NCBI GenBank assembly: GCA_965235115.1
Contig: OZ249437.1
Location: 6,944,001-7,008,000, forward strand
DNA: 64,000 nucleotides
Direction of reading: 5' to 3'
DNA from: Laetmonice hystrix
Lineage: Eukaryota
Shown here in pieces: positions 12,776 to 24,570 of this stretch. Position 1 is the first letter of the stretch. Every line of letters begins with the position of its first letter. The position numbers and the translations under genes are program-made. Below the pieces are notes generated by a model, which was given only the letters and a program-made list of their open reading frames with translations, had not been told where the DNA came from and made no database searches.

Positions 12776-15700
12776 ACAACCGATTTGTTGTTGGTGAAAG
12801 GCCTTCCCTTGGATCCGACAGAGGCCCCTTGCTGCTGACGGATCCCACGAGATGGTCGCCAACTTTCCTCGAGCACACTGTACACAGGGGTAGGAAAACA
12901 AAGGTGGCGGAAATGTGACAGGCGGGTTATGAACAGAGAGGATAGAAGAAATAACACTAAATGCGAATGAAACGGAAAATGAAGAATTCATTCAATCGAA
13001 CAACTCAAGATGCCATAGATGATAATATGGAGACAGACCGATAAAGACAAGTGTCAACTATTTTCTGGAACTCGTATGGAAATAGAAGGAAGTAGGGCTA
13101 CATAATGTATGAACAAGGTACATGGAGTATGTGATCTGACTTTGTAAAACTTGACCATTCATGTTTGCTGCGTGTAACGGTTCAAGCGGCATGTTCTGGT
13201 TTTTCTCTAATGATTTGGGTTCCATAAATCAGCACCAATACTATTAATGAGCCCATGTCTGACAACGTAATACGGAAATACCTTTATGGGACACGGGACC
13301 TTAGTTTCTTATTTGGTTCACTCATTAAAACGGAAACATTACATAGAATAAACTTAAATAAACTTAACATAGAAATATATTACAGGTTTATTTACATCCC
13401 ATGAACTCTGCACGCTGATTGTCACACGGTAGGACTTTCAACCCCGGATCAACCCCATAGTGCAGCTTTATATTGAGAATCACGTTTCAGTATTCCGTTA
13501 CCGTTACCAGTAACCAAATAATACTACACGCTGCCATCAAGCGGGGTTCTCTAAGGCAAACGGTACTGAATTGTATGGGAAAGTGGGACAGGGGATCGTA
13601 GAGGGTTTAGCAAACGTAAAAGGATTAAGGTAAATCCTCCAGTAACACAATGCCATGCCCCAGCGGGCTTCCTCTGTCGTTACATCACACGCTTTCCACA
13701 GAGAGGTCTTAGTGTCACTCTTAAAATGGAACAATAATAGTGGCGGTTACACAAGCCTGAAAAGGTACGCAGATGTCGGCGATTAACTTCAACGTACGAA
13801 TTCAGTTCATTCATATGGTTTCCGTAGTACGTTTCCGAAAATCATGAACAAGAAAATGTCAGCCATGATAGCTTAAAGATTTCCTTCAAATTACCAGCTT
13901 TCAGTTGAAAGCTCCGTGCATGTGTCAGAACGGAGGTGTTCCTCAAGCTTCCGTTCGTTAAGGTTCAATATTGTGACTCCATTGTTTGGGAATTCTGTAC
14001 AAAAGAACATTATTAAACACCCATCACATCCCCTCACCGGAACAGGGGGAGCAGCGCAGATGTGCGCATGCCTGCTGACCTCTTTTTTGTTCTTTGCTGC
14101 GTCAGCAGAGAATGTTGATTGGGCACGCGATAGCTGTGACCGATATAAGAACAGCGAGAGGTTATCGAATACAAAAACGAAACTCTATATATCAGATACA
14201 ATAAACGGGAATGAGGCTGTGCGACTGAACTCCTATAAAAACAGATGCTGTGATTGGTTCTTTGCCCGTTTGGACAGAAAAGGATATTGTGCGCTTAATC
14301 TTTTGACACCTTTTTAAAATATACGTCAGATCCGTTCAAAAAGCACCTAAAATGCAATGCTTTAAAAAACTTCTCTCTGCATACTAACTATCAGGTAACC
14401 TTTAACACTTTGGTAACCAGAAAAGAGGAAATGGCTGAAATACACCATAACACAGACCAGAATAGTAACATATACAAAATAATGCTGACGACCCTGGTCA
14501 GAAGACCTTTTTCTTAGTTTCATACCTCTATAAGTACGTACTACGTTAATTTCTGTCAGAAAAAAACCTTATAATATAACATTATCAGTTCCATCGAGAT
14601 TTAGATAGAGGAAAATGACGTGACCGATATAAGAAGAAAATTATGTTATAGGTCAATGATGCTATGTAACTGTTCTTTAGGTAGTGTGAATTTTTAGTCA
14701 TGGTCCCTGAAGCACTGGATTACAACAAAAATAAATCACTCGTTGTCTTCGAATATCAGATATAATGAAACGTCTAAAAGGCGCCACGACGAGAGAATTT
14801 ATAGACGGCGTGCCACAGGCCTTGATTTATGGTCCCATCTTGTAAAGAATCTATACAGATCCTTGTATTAATTTTTCTTAAAGAAGAAAAAATAATCGCA
14901 GAAGTCTCATATAGAATGGCACAATTCTAATTACGGCCCAGTCAGTAATATCATGAACGGAAAGAAGAAGTACATCATGTGAAGACAATTACATGTCAGC
15001 AAAGCCCTGGATGCCGTTCGAGATCTATTCAGTCTTGTATATCGTCAGATATATTTATAGACGTGTACACCGCGCTGCAGTATCGTAGTCTATAGACATA
15101 CTTGTCTCGCGCAGTATTTGTGACCACATAATCACATGGTTCAAGGTTCGTTGTGTCAAACACACAGTACCGTTGACGAGTACACGAACAAGACATCAAA
15201 ACATAAGAAACCTTTAAAGCTGCAAGCTCTGCGGTCGGACTCCGCGACCAAGAACCTTGCACTCTCCTTTGTTCACCGTTTGTAGACGTTAGAGAAGAAT
15301 GTATGGGTGAGAATACCATATGAACGAGAGGACCCCTTGACGATCATCGAATACAGGAAGGGGTCCATCGATTTGTCACTGACCTCCAACACTCGGCAAA
15401 TGGACCATACGACTAGAACCCGGCCTAGACGTGGTCGGCCAACTCTCGCGAGACTGCCGATAGGGACGAGGGTGAGGAGTAGACACATCCTGCTGAATAC
15501 GAGATACTGGATAAGGAGTGTTTAACAACACCATTGCTACCGCTGCCTTCGATTGGGATCTCCACACAAGGCGTTCCTAGTCCATACCGTCCGAGGTACT
15601 GCTGGCATGGCTCCGCCGTCAACCCAGATCATGTTGTATTGAAATCCCAATGCAGATTACGGTGTCCTGTGACAATGTTACAATGCGTATTGTTTTTCAT

Positions 15701-15844
15701 GTTTTAGGTTTTCTTTGGAAATGTAGTACTCGGTGGCAAAGAACCCGCATGGTTTAAAAAAAGACAACGACCAAGAAGAAGCGGTAATGTAAGGCTGTAA
15801 GTGCATCGCCTTAGACTTAAGTACGTGTCAAAGGCTGCAGGATT

Positions 15845-16485
15845 ACAGGGCACAGAATGTACATAATGGGTGCAGGGTAACAGGGCACAGAATGTACATA
15901 ATGGGTGCAGGGTAACAGGGCACAGAATGTACATAATGAGTGCAGGGTAACAGGACACAGAATGTACATAATGGGTGCAGGGTAACAGGGCACAGAATGT
16001 ACATAATGGGTGCAGGGTAACAGGGCACAGAATGTACATAATGGGTGCAGGGTAACAGGACACAGAATGTACATAATTGGTGCAGGGTAACAGGGCACAG
16101 AATGTATACATAATAGGTGCAGGGTAACAGGGCACAGAATGTATACATAATGGGTGCAGGGTAACAGGGCACAGAATGTACATAATGGGTGCAGGGTAAC
16201 AGGGCACAGAATGTACATAATGGGTGCAGGGTAACAGGACACAGAATGTACATAATGGGTGCAGGGTAACAGGACACAGAATGTACATAATGGGTGCAGG
16301 GTAACAGGGCACAGAATGTACATAATGGGTGCAGGGTAACAGGGCACAGAATGTACATAATGGGTGCAGGGTAACAGGACACAGAATGTACATAATGGGT
16401 GCAGGGTAACAGGGCACAGAATGTACATAATGGGTGCAGGGTAACAGGGCACAGAATGTACATAATGGGTGCAGGGTAACAGGAT
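15845..16485. repeat. Minisatellite, 35-bp unit (gggtgcagggtaacagggcacagaatgtacataat), about 18 copies
   Basis: Direct inspection. Confidence 0.98.
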
Positions 16486-17551
16486 CGAACACATTAGAGA
16501 TGGTAGATGGGGGTCGATATTCTCAACAGTTTTCATCTTATCCATGGTAAAGCCCATGACAATCGGATAAACAGTGAGTAAGGTAAGTACACATACACAT
16601 AAAATATTTTCCCCAGCGAAACCCACAAACCACAAACAGGGCCCCAACCTGTCCGAGCTCTGTAAACTATGACGACTCCTTATTCTGGCAAACCGCCAGA
16701 AAACACCGAAAGTCCCTAAGTCGACGCATAAACATGATTAATTAATTGTTTCAATTAACCTTCCTCTTTGTAACTGTTAAATATGTACCTATAAAGTCAA
16801 CATGATTGATCACTTTTCCTATGTGTTTATGGTTAAGCGCTCACCTAAAGAGTCATAAACCCCTTACGTTCACTATCCATCCCAGAGAACTAATCCTCCA
16901 AATGTAATAAGCGCATTACTGTCAACTAACTCCCAAGATATTTACGTCGTGGTATGATCTATTTCCGGTACTTTGGCTTGGTTCACTGGGACACCTGTTT
17001 GTTGAAATTAACACCCAGATAATTACAAGATGCTCGTCCATAAGACTAATGTGAACCGGGTGAAGGTCATAAATAACAACGCCACGCCTACGATCCGCTG
17101 ACTGTATGTCGGTAACGAGATAGTGTTGAAGCGCAATCTGATCCGTTTAGGCCGCGTCCTCGTATGAACTGATGTGGTTTGTCACTCACTGAACCATCAA
17201 TCTCGACATGGCTGCCATCACGTTCCCTACAGCTAAAACCGTTTCATGAAACCCCTAACAGATCGTAACGGAAAATCCAGGAGAAATTTGGGTGCGTATT
17301 CGGCTTGTAGGGCATGTGTTCCAACAGATCCAACAAAACAATGATACATGATATTTATATTTCATAGTCTTTAGGTAACATGTGATTGAAATGTTCATTA
17401 CCTCACTGGGATCTAAGGCATGCGGTTAGTATTATGGGTGTGTCTGTATTGGTGTATGTAAATATGACCTTTCTTATGTAGGTTATTAAATATATCGTAT
17501 TAAGGAAAAGGGACGGCCGTTCATATAAGAATATTATCTCTCCATCTGGCT

Positions 17552-17553
<2 letters not shown>

Positions 17554-17605
<52 letters not shown>

Positions 17606-17646
17606 CTCTCCCCTTCTCTCGCTCTTTATCTCTCTCTATCTCTCTT
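17554..17646. repeat. (CT)n microsatellite
   Basis: Direct inspection. Confidence 0.97.
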
Positions 17647-19040
17647 TCCGACGGACAAGAGCATCATCAAGATGTTAAGTCTTTAGTGCAGTCTCTTGTG
17701 GTTCTCCTGGTTCGCAGGTTATGCAGTCTGCTGAGCCTCAGAGATACGTTCAGATGAGATCAGTAGTAGTCAATGTTTGAGACTGTCAGGCTCTGTTAAA
17801 TGTTATATCCTGTGACTTGATATTCCACACGTCTGTCCTGTCATTTGACAAGCATGACAATCAGTTCAGCCATTCCAATGCCTTCCCACAGAAGGTTTAC
17901 CTTTGATTTTGATTTTTACCCCTTTTTGACCCTCCTATTTATTCACTATGGTTTCACATAATGGGCTAATTGAATTTAGGTCCCTCTACATGGGTATGAC
18001 AAGCAATCTAGCCAAACGTTTACATGCAAACGTTCAAGGTATACTTGCTTGAATGAACATACGTATTACTGATGTTGTTAATGCCTACCAAGCTGTAGTT
18101 TATCACTAAACTGAGTAATGCTATTCCTTGATTAAATTGACTGGCTCTCCTTTCCAAGGTGCAATGCTCCTAAAAACATGGATGGTCGGATAATAAATAA
18201 ATGCATGATGGCCGCGCAGCCTTTTACAACAATTAGTTGGAAGGCAACGTACAAGACAGTCGTTGAAATGAACGCGAATAATCTCTATGCATTTGGACAC
18301 CTTATTACGAAGCTTGCTATCTATAATACATTGTTGGCATTAAGGCGTTTGAATGATGTGTTCCTGTGGAAAGGCACACAACTACAGATAGAGATGTACT
18401 GCTTCAGATCAAAAAATCATTGTTTCTATTGTTTGTTTTGACAGGAAGTACATTATATTTGAAGTTTTTAAAACTACTTTCCATCCCAGGACGACTGTTC
18501 ATACTGAAGCGCATACTACATGTAGCCTTATCTTTATCTCCGTGTTTACTCTGTACACCGATGCCAGCTACACTAAAACATGATTAATAGTTCTTATTAA
18601 GTAGCTGGTAGAAATGTGGCGTTCTGCAGGATCTAATGTTAAAGGGACGGACTCCTTTGACAAGTGAGCGGGTGTTTTTTGTGGGTAACATTATATGTCT
18701 CTCAACGAAGTAGAATCGAAGGAATCGTTCATTGGAAAACTCTCGTGTGTTTATTATCCACTGACGTGGCACTGGCAGTATCTCTCACCAATCACTTGGC
18801 GTCAGCCATGTACATAGTATGCATGCTTTAACAGAGGATGTATTAAGTACCTGCACCTTTCACGGCAGTAAAAGTTCATATACAGCTTAAATAACACCGT
18901 GGTGAAAGTAATAATGTTTTGTTATAAACTTTGGTACAACGCGTTTAAGTAACTGAAATATCAAGGCGTACTTGGTAGCATTGAGCCTTAAACTTATCTG
19001 AACATTGACCTACAAGAATTGATCTACTCTCAACCTTTTT

Positions 19041-19410
19041 CAGCCTGACCCTTATCCCCATTTCTACATACTACTCACAGGGACTTTCAGCCTGACCCTT
19101 ATTCCCATTTCTACAGTCATACTACTCACAGGGACTTTCAGCCTTACCCTTATCCCCATTTCTACATACTACTCACAGGGACTTTCAGCCTGACCCTTAT
19201 CCCCATTTCTACATACTACGCGCAGGGACTTTCAGCCTGACCCTTATTCCAATTTCTACATACTACTCACAGGGACTTTCAGCCTGACCCTTATTCCCAT
19301 TTCTACATACTACTCACAGGGACTTTCAGTCTGACCCTTATCCCCATTTTTACATACTACTCGCAGGAACTTTCGGCCTGACTCTTATCCCCATTTTTAC
19401 ATACTACTTG
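19041..19410 (+). repeat. Minisatellite, 47-bp unit (cagcctgacccttatccccatttctacatactactcacagggacttt), 8 copies
   Basis: Direct inspection. Two more degenerate copies at about 19991-20080. Confidence 0.97.
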
Positions 19411-20334
19411 AAGGGTCATCCATGTCAATGATATAGAGGAGAGATGAATTTTTCTCACTGGACTTACGATTTGTTAGGTGCTTACTTTTCGCCTAACGTC
19501 ACGTTGCCTTCCTCAGAGCCTTGGATACCCCAGGTTTTCCGCCATGTCTTTCGGCGGGATTGCCACAGCAGCTATGAGGAAGGCAACGTGACGTAAAAGT
19601 AGGCGAGCCGATTCAGCATCACCTGTACATCGTTTCCCCAGTAGTCGCCTCAATGTGTACAGACGATTCGTGAGCCGACAAGAGGCGGGTGATTCACTGA
19701 CCATCATCTGTTGCGGCTATGCTTTTACTGACCCTTACAATTATTGGTTCCACGAGCGATTTTAGTAACCACTCGATGGCTTCAGAGTTGTGCAAAGTGG
19801 GTCAACTGGAGTGGTTCCCATATTGGGCGTGCAAAGTGAAAACAGAAGCATGGCAGGTAGGACACTGAAAGCAACCTCACACGCGGCAAAACATGTTGAT
19901 AAACGCGCGCAGAAGTCCGGTTCATCATCACCTAATGGACAGGGAATGAGGCATAATAAAGGCCGTCAACGGCATCGGTCGCCTGAAAACAGGGAGTTTC
20001 AGCCTGATCCTTATCCCTATTTTTACATACTACTTGTAGGGACTTTCAGTCTTCTTATCTCCATTTCTACATAGCTACTTACAAAAACTTTGTGCGTTTG
20101 CATAGTATATAACGTAGCACATACATTAACACACATTCGTCCTGCTGCACTTAACCTGATTTTTTAGTTTTTATTTTAAGTTGTGACATACACTTTGAAG
20201 ATTAAGTTAAGAGTATTGTTACGATGGCATTGATAACGTTGTCTGACTTTTGACCTAGATTTACTTCTTTACGCTGCACTGCATGGACAGTGTGGAAATG
20301 ACATGTAGTATGTAGAAGTTTGACGGTTTCAGGA

Positions 20335-20800
20335 AGTCGTATGTAGAAATGGGGATAAGGGTCAGGCTAACCGGTTCGGTAAGTAGTATGTAGAAATGAG
20401 GGTCGGTGTCAGGCTAACCGGTTCGGCAAGTAGTATGTAGAAATGAGGGTCAGTGTCAGGCTAACCGGTTCGGCAAGTAGTATGTAGAAATGGGGATAAG
20501 GGTCAGGCTAACTGGTTCGGTAAGTAGTATGTAGAAATGAGGGTCAGTGTCAGGCTAACCGGTTCGGTAAGTAGTATGTAGAAATGAGGGTCAGTGTCAG
20601 GCTAACCGGTTCGGTAAGTAGTATGTAGAAATGGGGATAAGGGTCAGGCTAACCGGTTCGGTAAGTAGTATGTAGAAATGAGGGTCAGTGTCAGGCTAAA
20701 CGGTTCGGTAAGTAGTATGTAGAAATGAGGGTCGGTGTCAGGCTAACCGGTTCGGCAAGTAGTATATGTAGAAATGAGGATAAGTGTTAGGTTAGCCGGT
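20335..20800 (-). repeat. Minisatellite, 47-bp unit, inverted relative of the 19041 array, about 10 copies with an ABB higher-order pattern
   Basis: The reverse complement shares the 34-bp core agcctgacccttatccccatttctacatactact with the left array. Confidence 0.97.
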
Positions 20801-20930
20801 TCCCAATAGAATGCAGATATAATATGTCTGGATTCTATTACAGTGACCATAAGTAGGCATTATAGGCACAGGCTTTGTTCATTGTTAATGGTCAGTTTCT
20901 ACTGTCCACAGATAACACAGAAAGTCTTAA

Positions 20931-21048
20931 AGGGGTACAATTGGAAGAATCACACTTCCAAACGGGTTTTGAATCTTTTTTGAGGCATTTTATAGTTTAA
21001 TGCAAAACATAAAAAATAGCATAAAAAATGTCGAAAAATTATGCCCCT
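20931..21048. mobile_element. 118-bp MITE with TTAA target-site duplication and AG termini (Kolobok-like)
   Basis: TTAA|AGGGGTACAATT ... AATTATGCCCCT|TTAA; TIR identity 10/12. Confidence 0.6.
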
Positions 21049-22819
21049 TTAATAACCTCCTCGGTCCGTTTCCGGGTAGAAGATGATTACATGAATTCTG
21101 ACTTAATATGTAAGCCTGTGGCTTGATGTTCCAGCGTGTGTGAGTGTGTGGGTGGGTCTTGTGTAACTGTTCACATCACATGCCCGTCGGTCTAATGTCC
21201 CTGTAAGCCGCAAATTAAGTCCTTCGGAACAGCTAATTTATCACCGACGCTTTGATAGTGAAGCCATCAGACAGGTGGCGAGTCGGTGGTACGTACTTTT
21301 CATCGTGAACAGAAGCTTTCTCTCCGCCACCGTGATAAACATTTACCTAGTTCTGACATGCCCATTCAAGCCGAATCAGACGGGTCCGTGGTTGTAAAGA
21401 GAATATGATCAGCCAAGACGAATACTCATTCATTAATTCTCTTCATTCTGTCGATCTGTAATACTTTGTGATAGGACTCATTTCATTGTTAATCCTATAG
21501 GAACGGTTGGATGAGTCGTTAAGACTGAAAAAGTACCTCGTTCGATTTCTAAATCTTTATGTTAAAGAGGTACCAAATTATCCAAAGCCTTCTTGCTGGA
21601 ACTTAATCCAATGTCTGTAATCCAGCATAATAGATGGGTTAGGTGTATTCTGACCTTACACCAAGGGGAATCTAATGGGCAATAATAATTGTTGTGACAT
21701 TTGTTGTGCAGCTCATAAATTATTATTGTATGGTATATCACACGCGAGAATATAATTATTCTCACCTAGCTCATATAGAACCAAAATGATTATAATCACC
21801 ACAATGAAAAGGATGCACCTCCTTTTCATTTATTATTGCACCAGAATATTCTACATTTAAGGAATAATATATAATATTTTACACATTACGGTTAGATCAA
21901 TGTATACGATGTACAAAAACAAAAAGGTGCTTGAAATACGTATTTTCTAGTTGTTATATTATGATGTCAAAGCTGCCAAAATACGGTTATATAACACTAA
22001 ACATGAAAGTAGTGTCTACCTATAATTGGTAATACTGGATCCGTCAAATTGTGGTCAAGGTCATAGGAATGTCAAGGTTATACAAATATCATAGCAGGTC
22101 ACACCCATGACAGATGAAATATAACAAATAATGAGTGTGCAGCAGGAAATTTATCATACAGACACAGCCCAATATGGTAAAACGATTATTTTCATCACCC
22201 AAAATTACTTCCTAACACTTTTACATAGTATAAATCAAATCAGGTTGTCCTATAGCCAGCCTATAATATTACAACGCAGCCTCCCCCCCCCCCCCAGGTT
22301 ATTTTCACACCTCAAGTGAATTCACTGACGGCCTTTCTTACGGACAGACCCCTAATTTAATCACCTTCACCGTAACAAGATTTCGGCAACTTCTTACAAC
22401 TAAAGGAATAAATCCATTCACAGTCCAAAGCAAAAATACTCCCCTGTTACTTTGGGTTTCGGCGAAAATGCAACGTAATAACCCCACTGAGGGCAGTATT
22501 CTACGAGTCTCCCTGTACGCACCCAAACAGTAAATGCCGTACGAAATCACATAACACGCCTAAAATCCAGGCTTCTCCTGGGAGGTCATTGCAAGTGAAC
22601 ATTATGGGACAGAAATATGAGCAGCACATGTCTGCAGCCGTAGTTCTGCGCTAGGGGAGGCGTCATTCTGAGGTAACCTTTCCATCCATCTCAACAAGAC
22701 TCCTCACTCCCCTTCTCTGGCAAACCAACCCTTGGCTGGCGCGTAGGCAAAGAGGGTAAGCCGTCAAAATATCCAAGGTCGGACATTGCTTTGTGTAAGG
22801 TCATGACGACTGTTGTAGT

Positions 22820-24570
22820 TTGCGTATTGACACATTGACCTCTGATCATCTAATCGATACATCAATGTCATTCGGTGGGACATCCGGGGGCTTGTCAGTA
22901 GCCGGTCTATATCGGCAGGCAGGTAATTTGTACGCGGGGTGGAGTCTACCGTGGGAGACGGTGGAGGTTACAATCACACACAAGGCGACACTCCTAGAGC
23001 ACATGCTCATTGCCAACGTTTCGATAGTCTCATCAAAACCGTATTTGTCAGTTGGCTCTCGGCACCTGCGGCACAGCATGGCGGCAAAACAGCTTCGCTG
23101 GCTCTCGCCGCTCGCGAGAAACTGCGATACACGACACCGGCTTAGAATATCAAAGTCGGTGGACGCTGAAGTACGCGCCTACTATAAGACAATCTTCAAA
23201 TCCCTACAGCAGTAAAATACACCCAGCTAAGCGGGCAGACCGGCAAAGTTATTCCCACATCGCTGATGAGAGGAGGGAATTCACAGTCAGGAATACCTGG
23301 TTTCTCCACAAAATATCAGGTTTTTGAGGAGATACGCAGGGCTAACCCCACGCAATAATCTCTCCACCGAAAAAAAGGTCACTGGTTTGATCCAAATAAC
23401 CCCCGTCCCTCCCCGGACAAAATTATGATAGAGTGTGCATAAAGAACGACGCCTGCCCAGTCTGTGCAGTTTAATGGAATTGACACAGGTGACCTCGCGC
23501 CTACCTGTATAGGCCCGAACTGTGCACTGAAACACCTCTTTGTCAATACCCCATCAAAAACCCCCACCATCCTGACTCCTTTGTGGGGCCCATATTTCAG
23601 CTTGCCGTCGCGCACGTGCGCCGTTATAACCCCAACAGCAGAACGTAAGAACCACAATCGACCCTTTGATTTTAAGATTCGCTACCCTTTTCCTTGAACC
23701 AGAGCGTTTCGATTAGCTGCCCTTTTTTTAGCAGAGAGTCGAGACAAAGAAGCCCCGTCGCCACCTCCTCAGTAATGTCGCAGATTACGCCCAGTATTAC
23801 CGTCGCGGGCAGACGTTTATATGACTTGCGTGTCACAGTAAAAGCAGCAAACGCGCCGGTCCGTCGCAAGCGCGATATTTTGCCAACAGGTCACCTTCCC
23901 CCCGTACGGAACCAATGTAAATGGTTTCCTTTCTCGACGCACCACATAAAACAACGCATGTAGGGGCGAATTCGACCTGACAGATAGGCTTCAGCGAGGC
24001 GCTCCCGTCAGACCGCAGACTCAGGCAGACCTTGCTAGCTAGTCTACGCCGGCTGCAGTAGCAGTAGCAGCCACATGGTCGGGTTCCAATGACTGCCAAG
24101 GAAATTCCGGCCGATCCTAATCAATTGAGTTCTGTACCCGTGCGCTATCCGTTCATTCACAGATGCTGCGGATCATCGTAGGCACCGGGCGGCGTTACAA
24201 GCAGAGCGGCGACCGAGGTGAAGATCTCAGGCGGCGGCGGCGCACCTTGGGTTGACCAAGTATCGTCGGTGCTTCACTACAACTACAAACACGCACACAC
24301 AGAGCGTGGTGACGACAGGACGCACGTTGAAAGGGGAGTTCGCCACTGGTATACAGGCCTCTTCGCCCGGCGCTTGTGCAACTGTTGGATTACTCTTTAA
24401 CAAGCAAGCTTCGTTCGCAATCGTCTGTCAGATGTGCTGGTTGATCGTGGTCGCCATCGTCAACTCGGTGGTAGCGTATTCCACCGGTACCAAGGAAACC
24501 CGGCAGTTAGGTGAGTACCAGCACCTGTTACCTGTTCTCTTCCTCCGGGAGACTCAGTTACCTTAGCGTC
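22820..24570 (+). promoter_or_regulatory. CpG-rich segment spanning the putative 5' UTR and first coding exon
   Basis: Visibly GC/CpG-rich against AT-rich flanks and contains the exon 1 candidate. No TSS can be assigned from sequence. Confidence 0.35.
24432..24510 (+). CDS. Putative first coding exon, signal peptide MCWLIVVAIVNSVVAYSTGTKETRQL
   Basis: First in-frame ATG after an in-frame TGA (24219-24221). Hydrophobic core ending in V-V-A. Strong donor TTAG|GTGAGT at 24510/24511, phase 1, matching exon 2. Lies in a CpG-rich segment. Confidence 0.6.

Noticed and set aside
11891-12991. Long ORFs (up to 347 aa) in several frames on both strands
   Set aside because: Translations of a 36-bp tandem array whose unit lacks stops in several frames. 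The same applies to the ORFs at 15704-16647, 27737-28608 and 34656-35765.
19041-20800. CRISPR-like repeat/spacer appearance
   Set aside because: The intervening 13-mers are identical within each array rather than unique spacers, there are no cas genes, and the context is eukaryotic.
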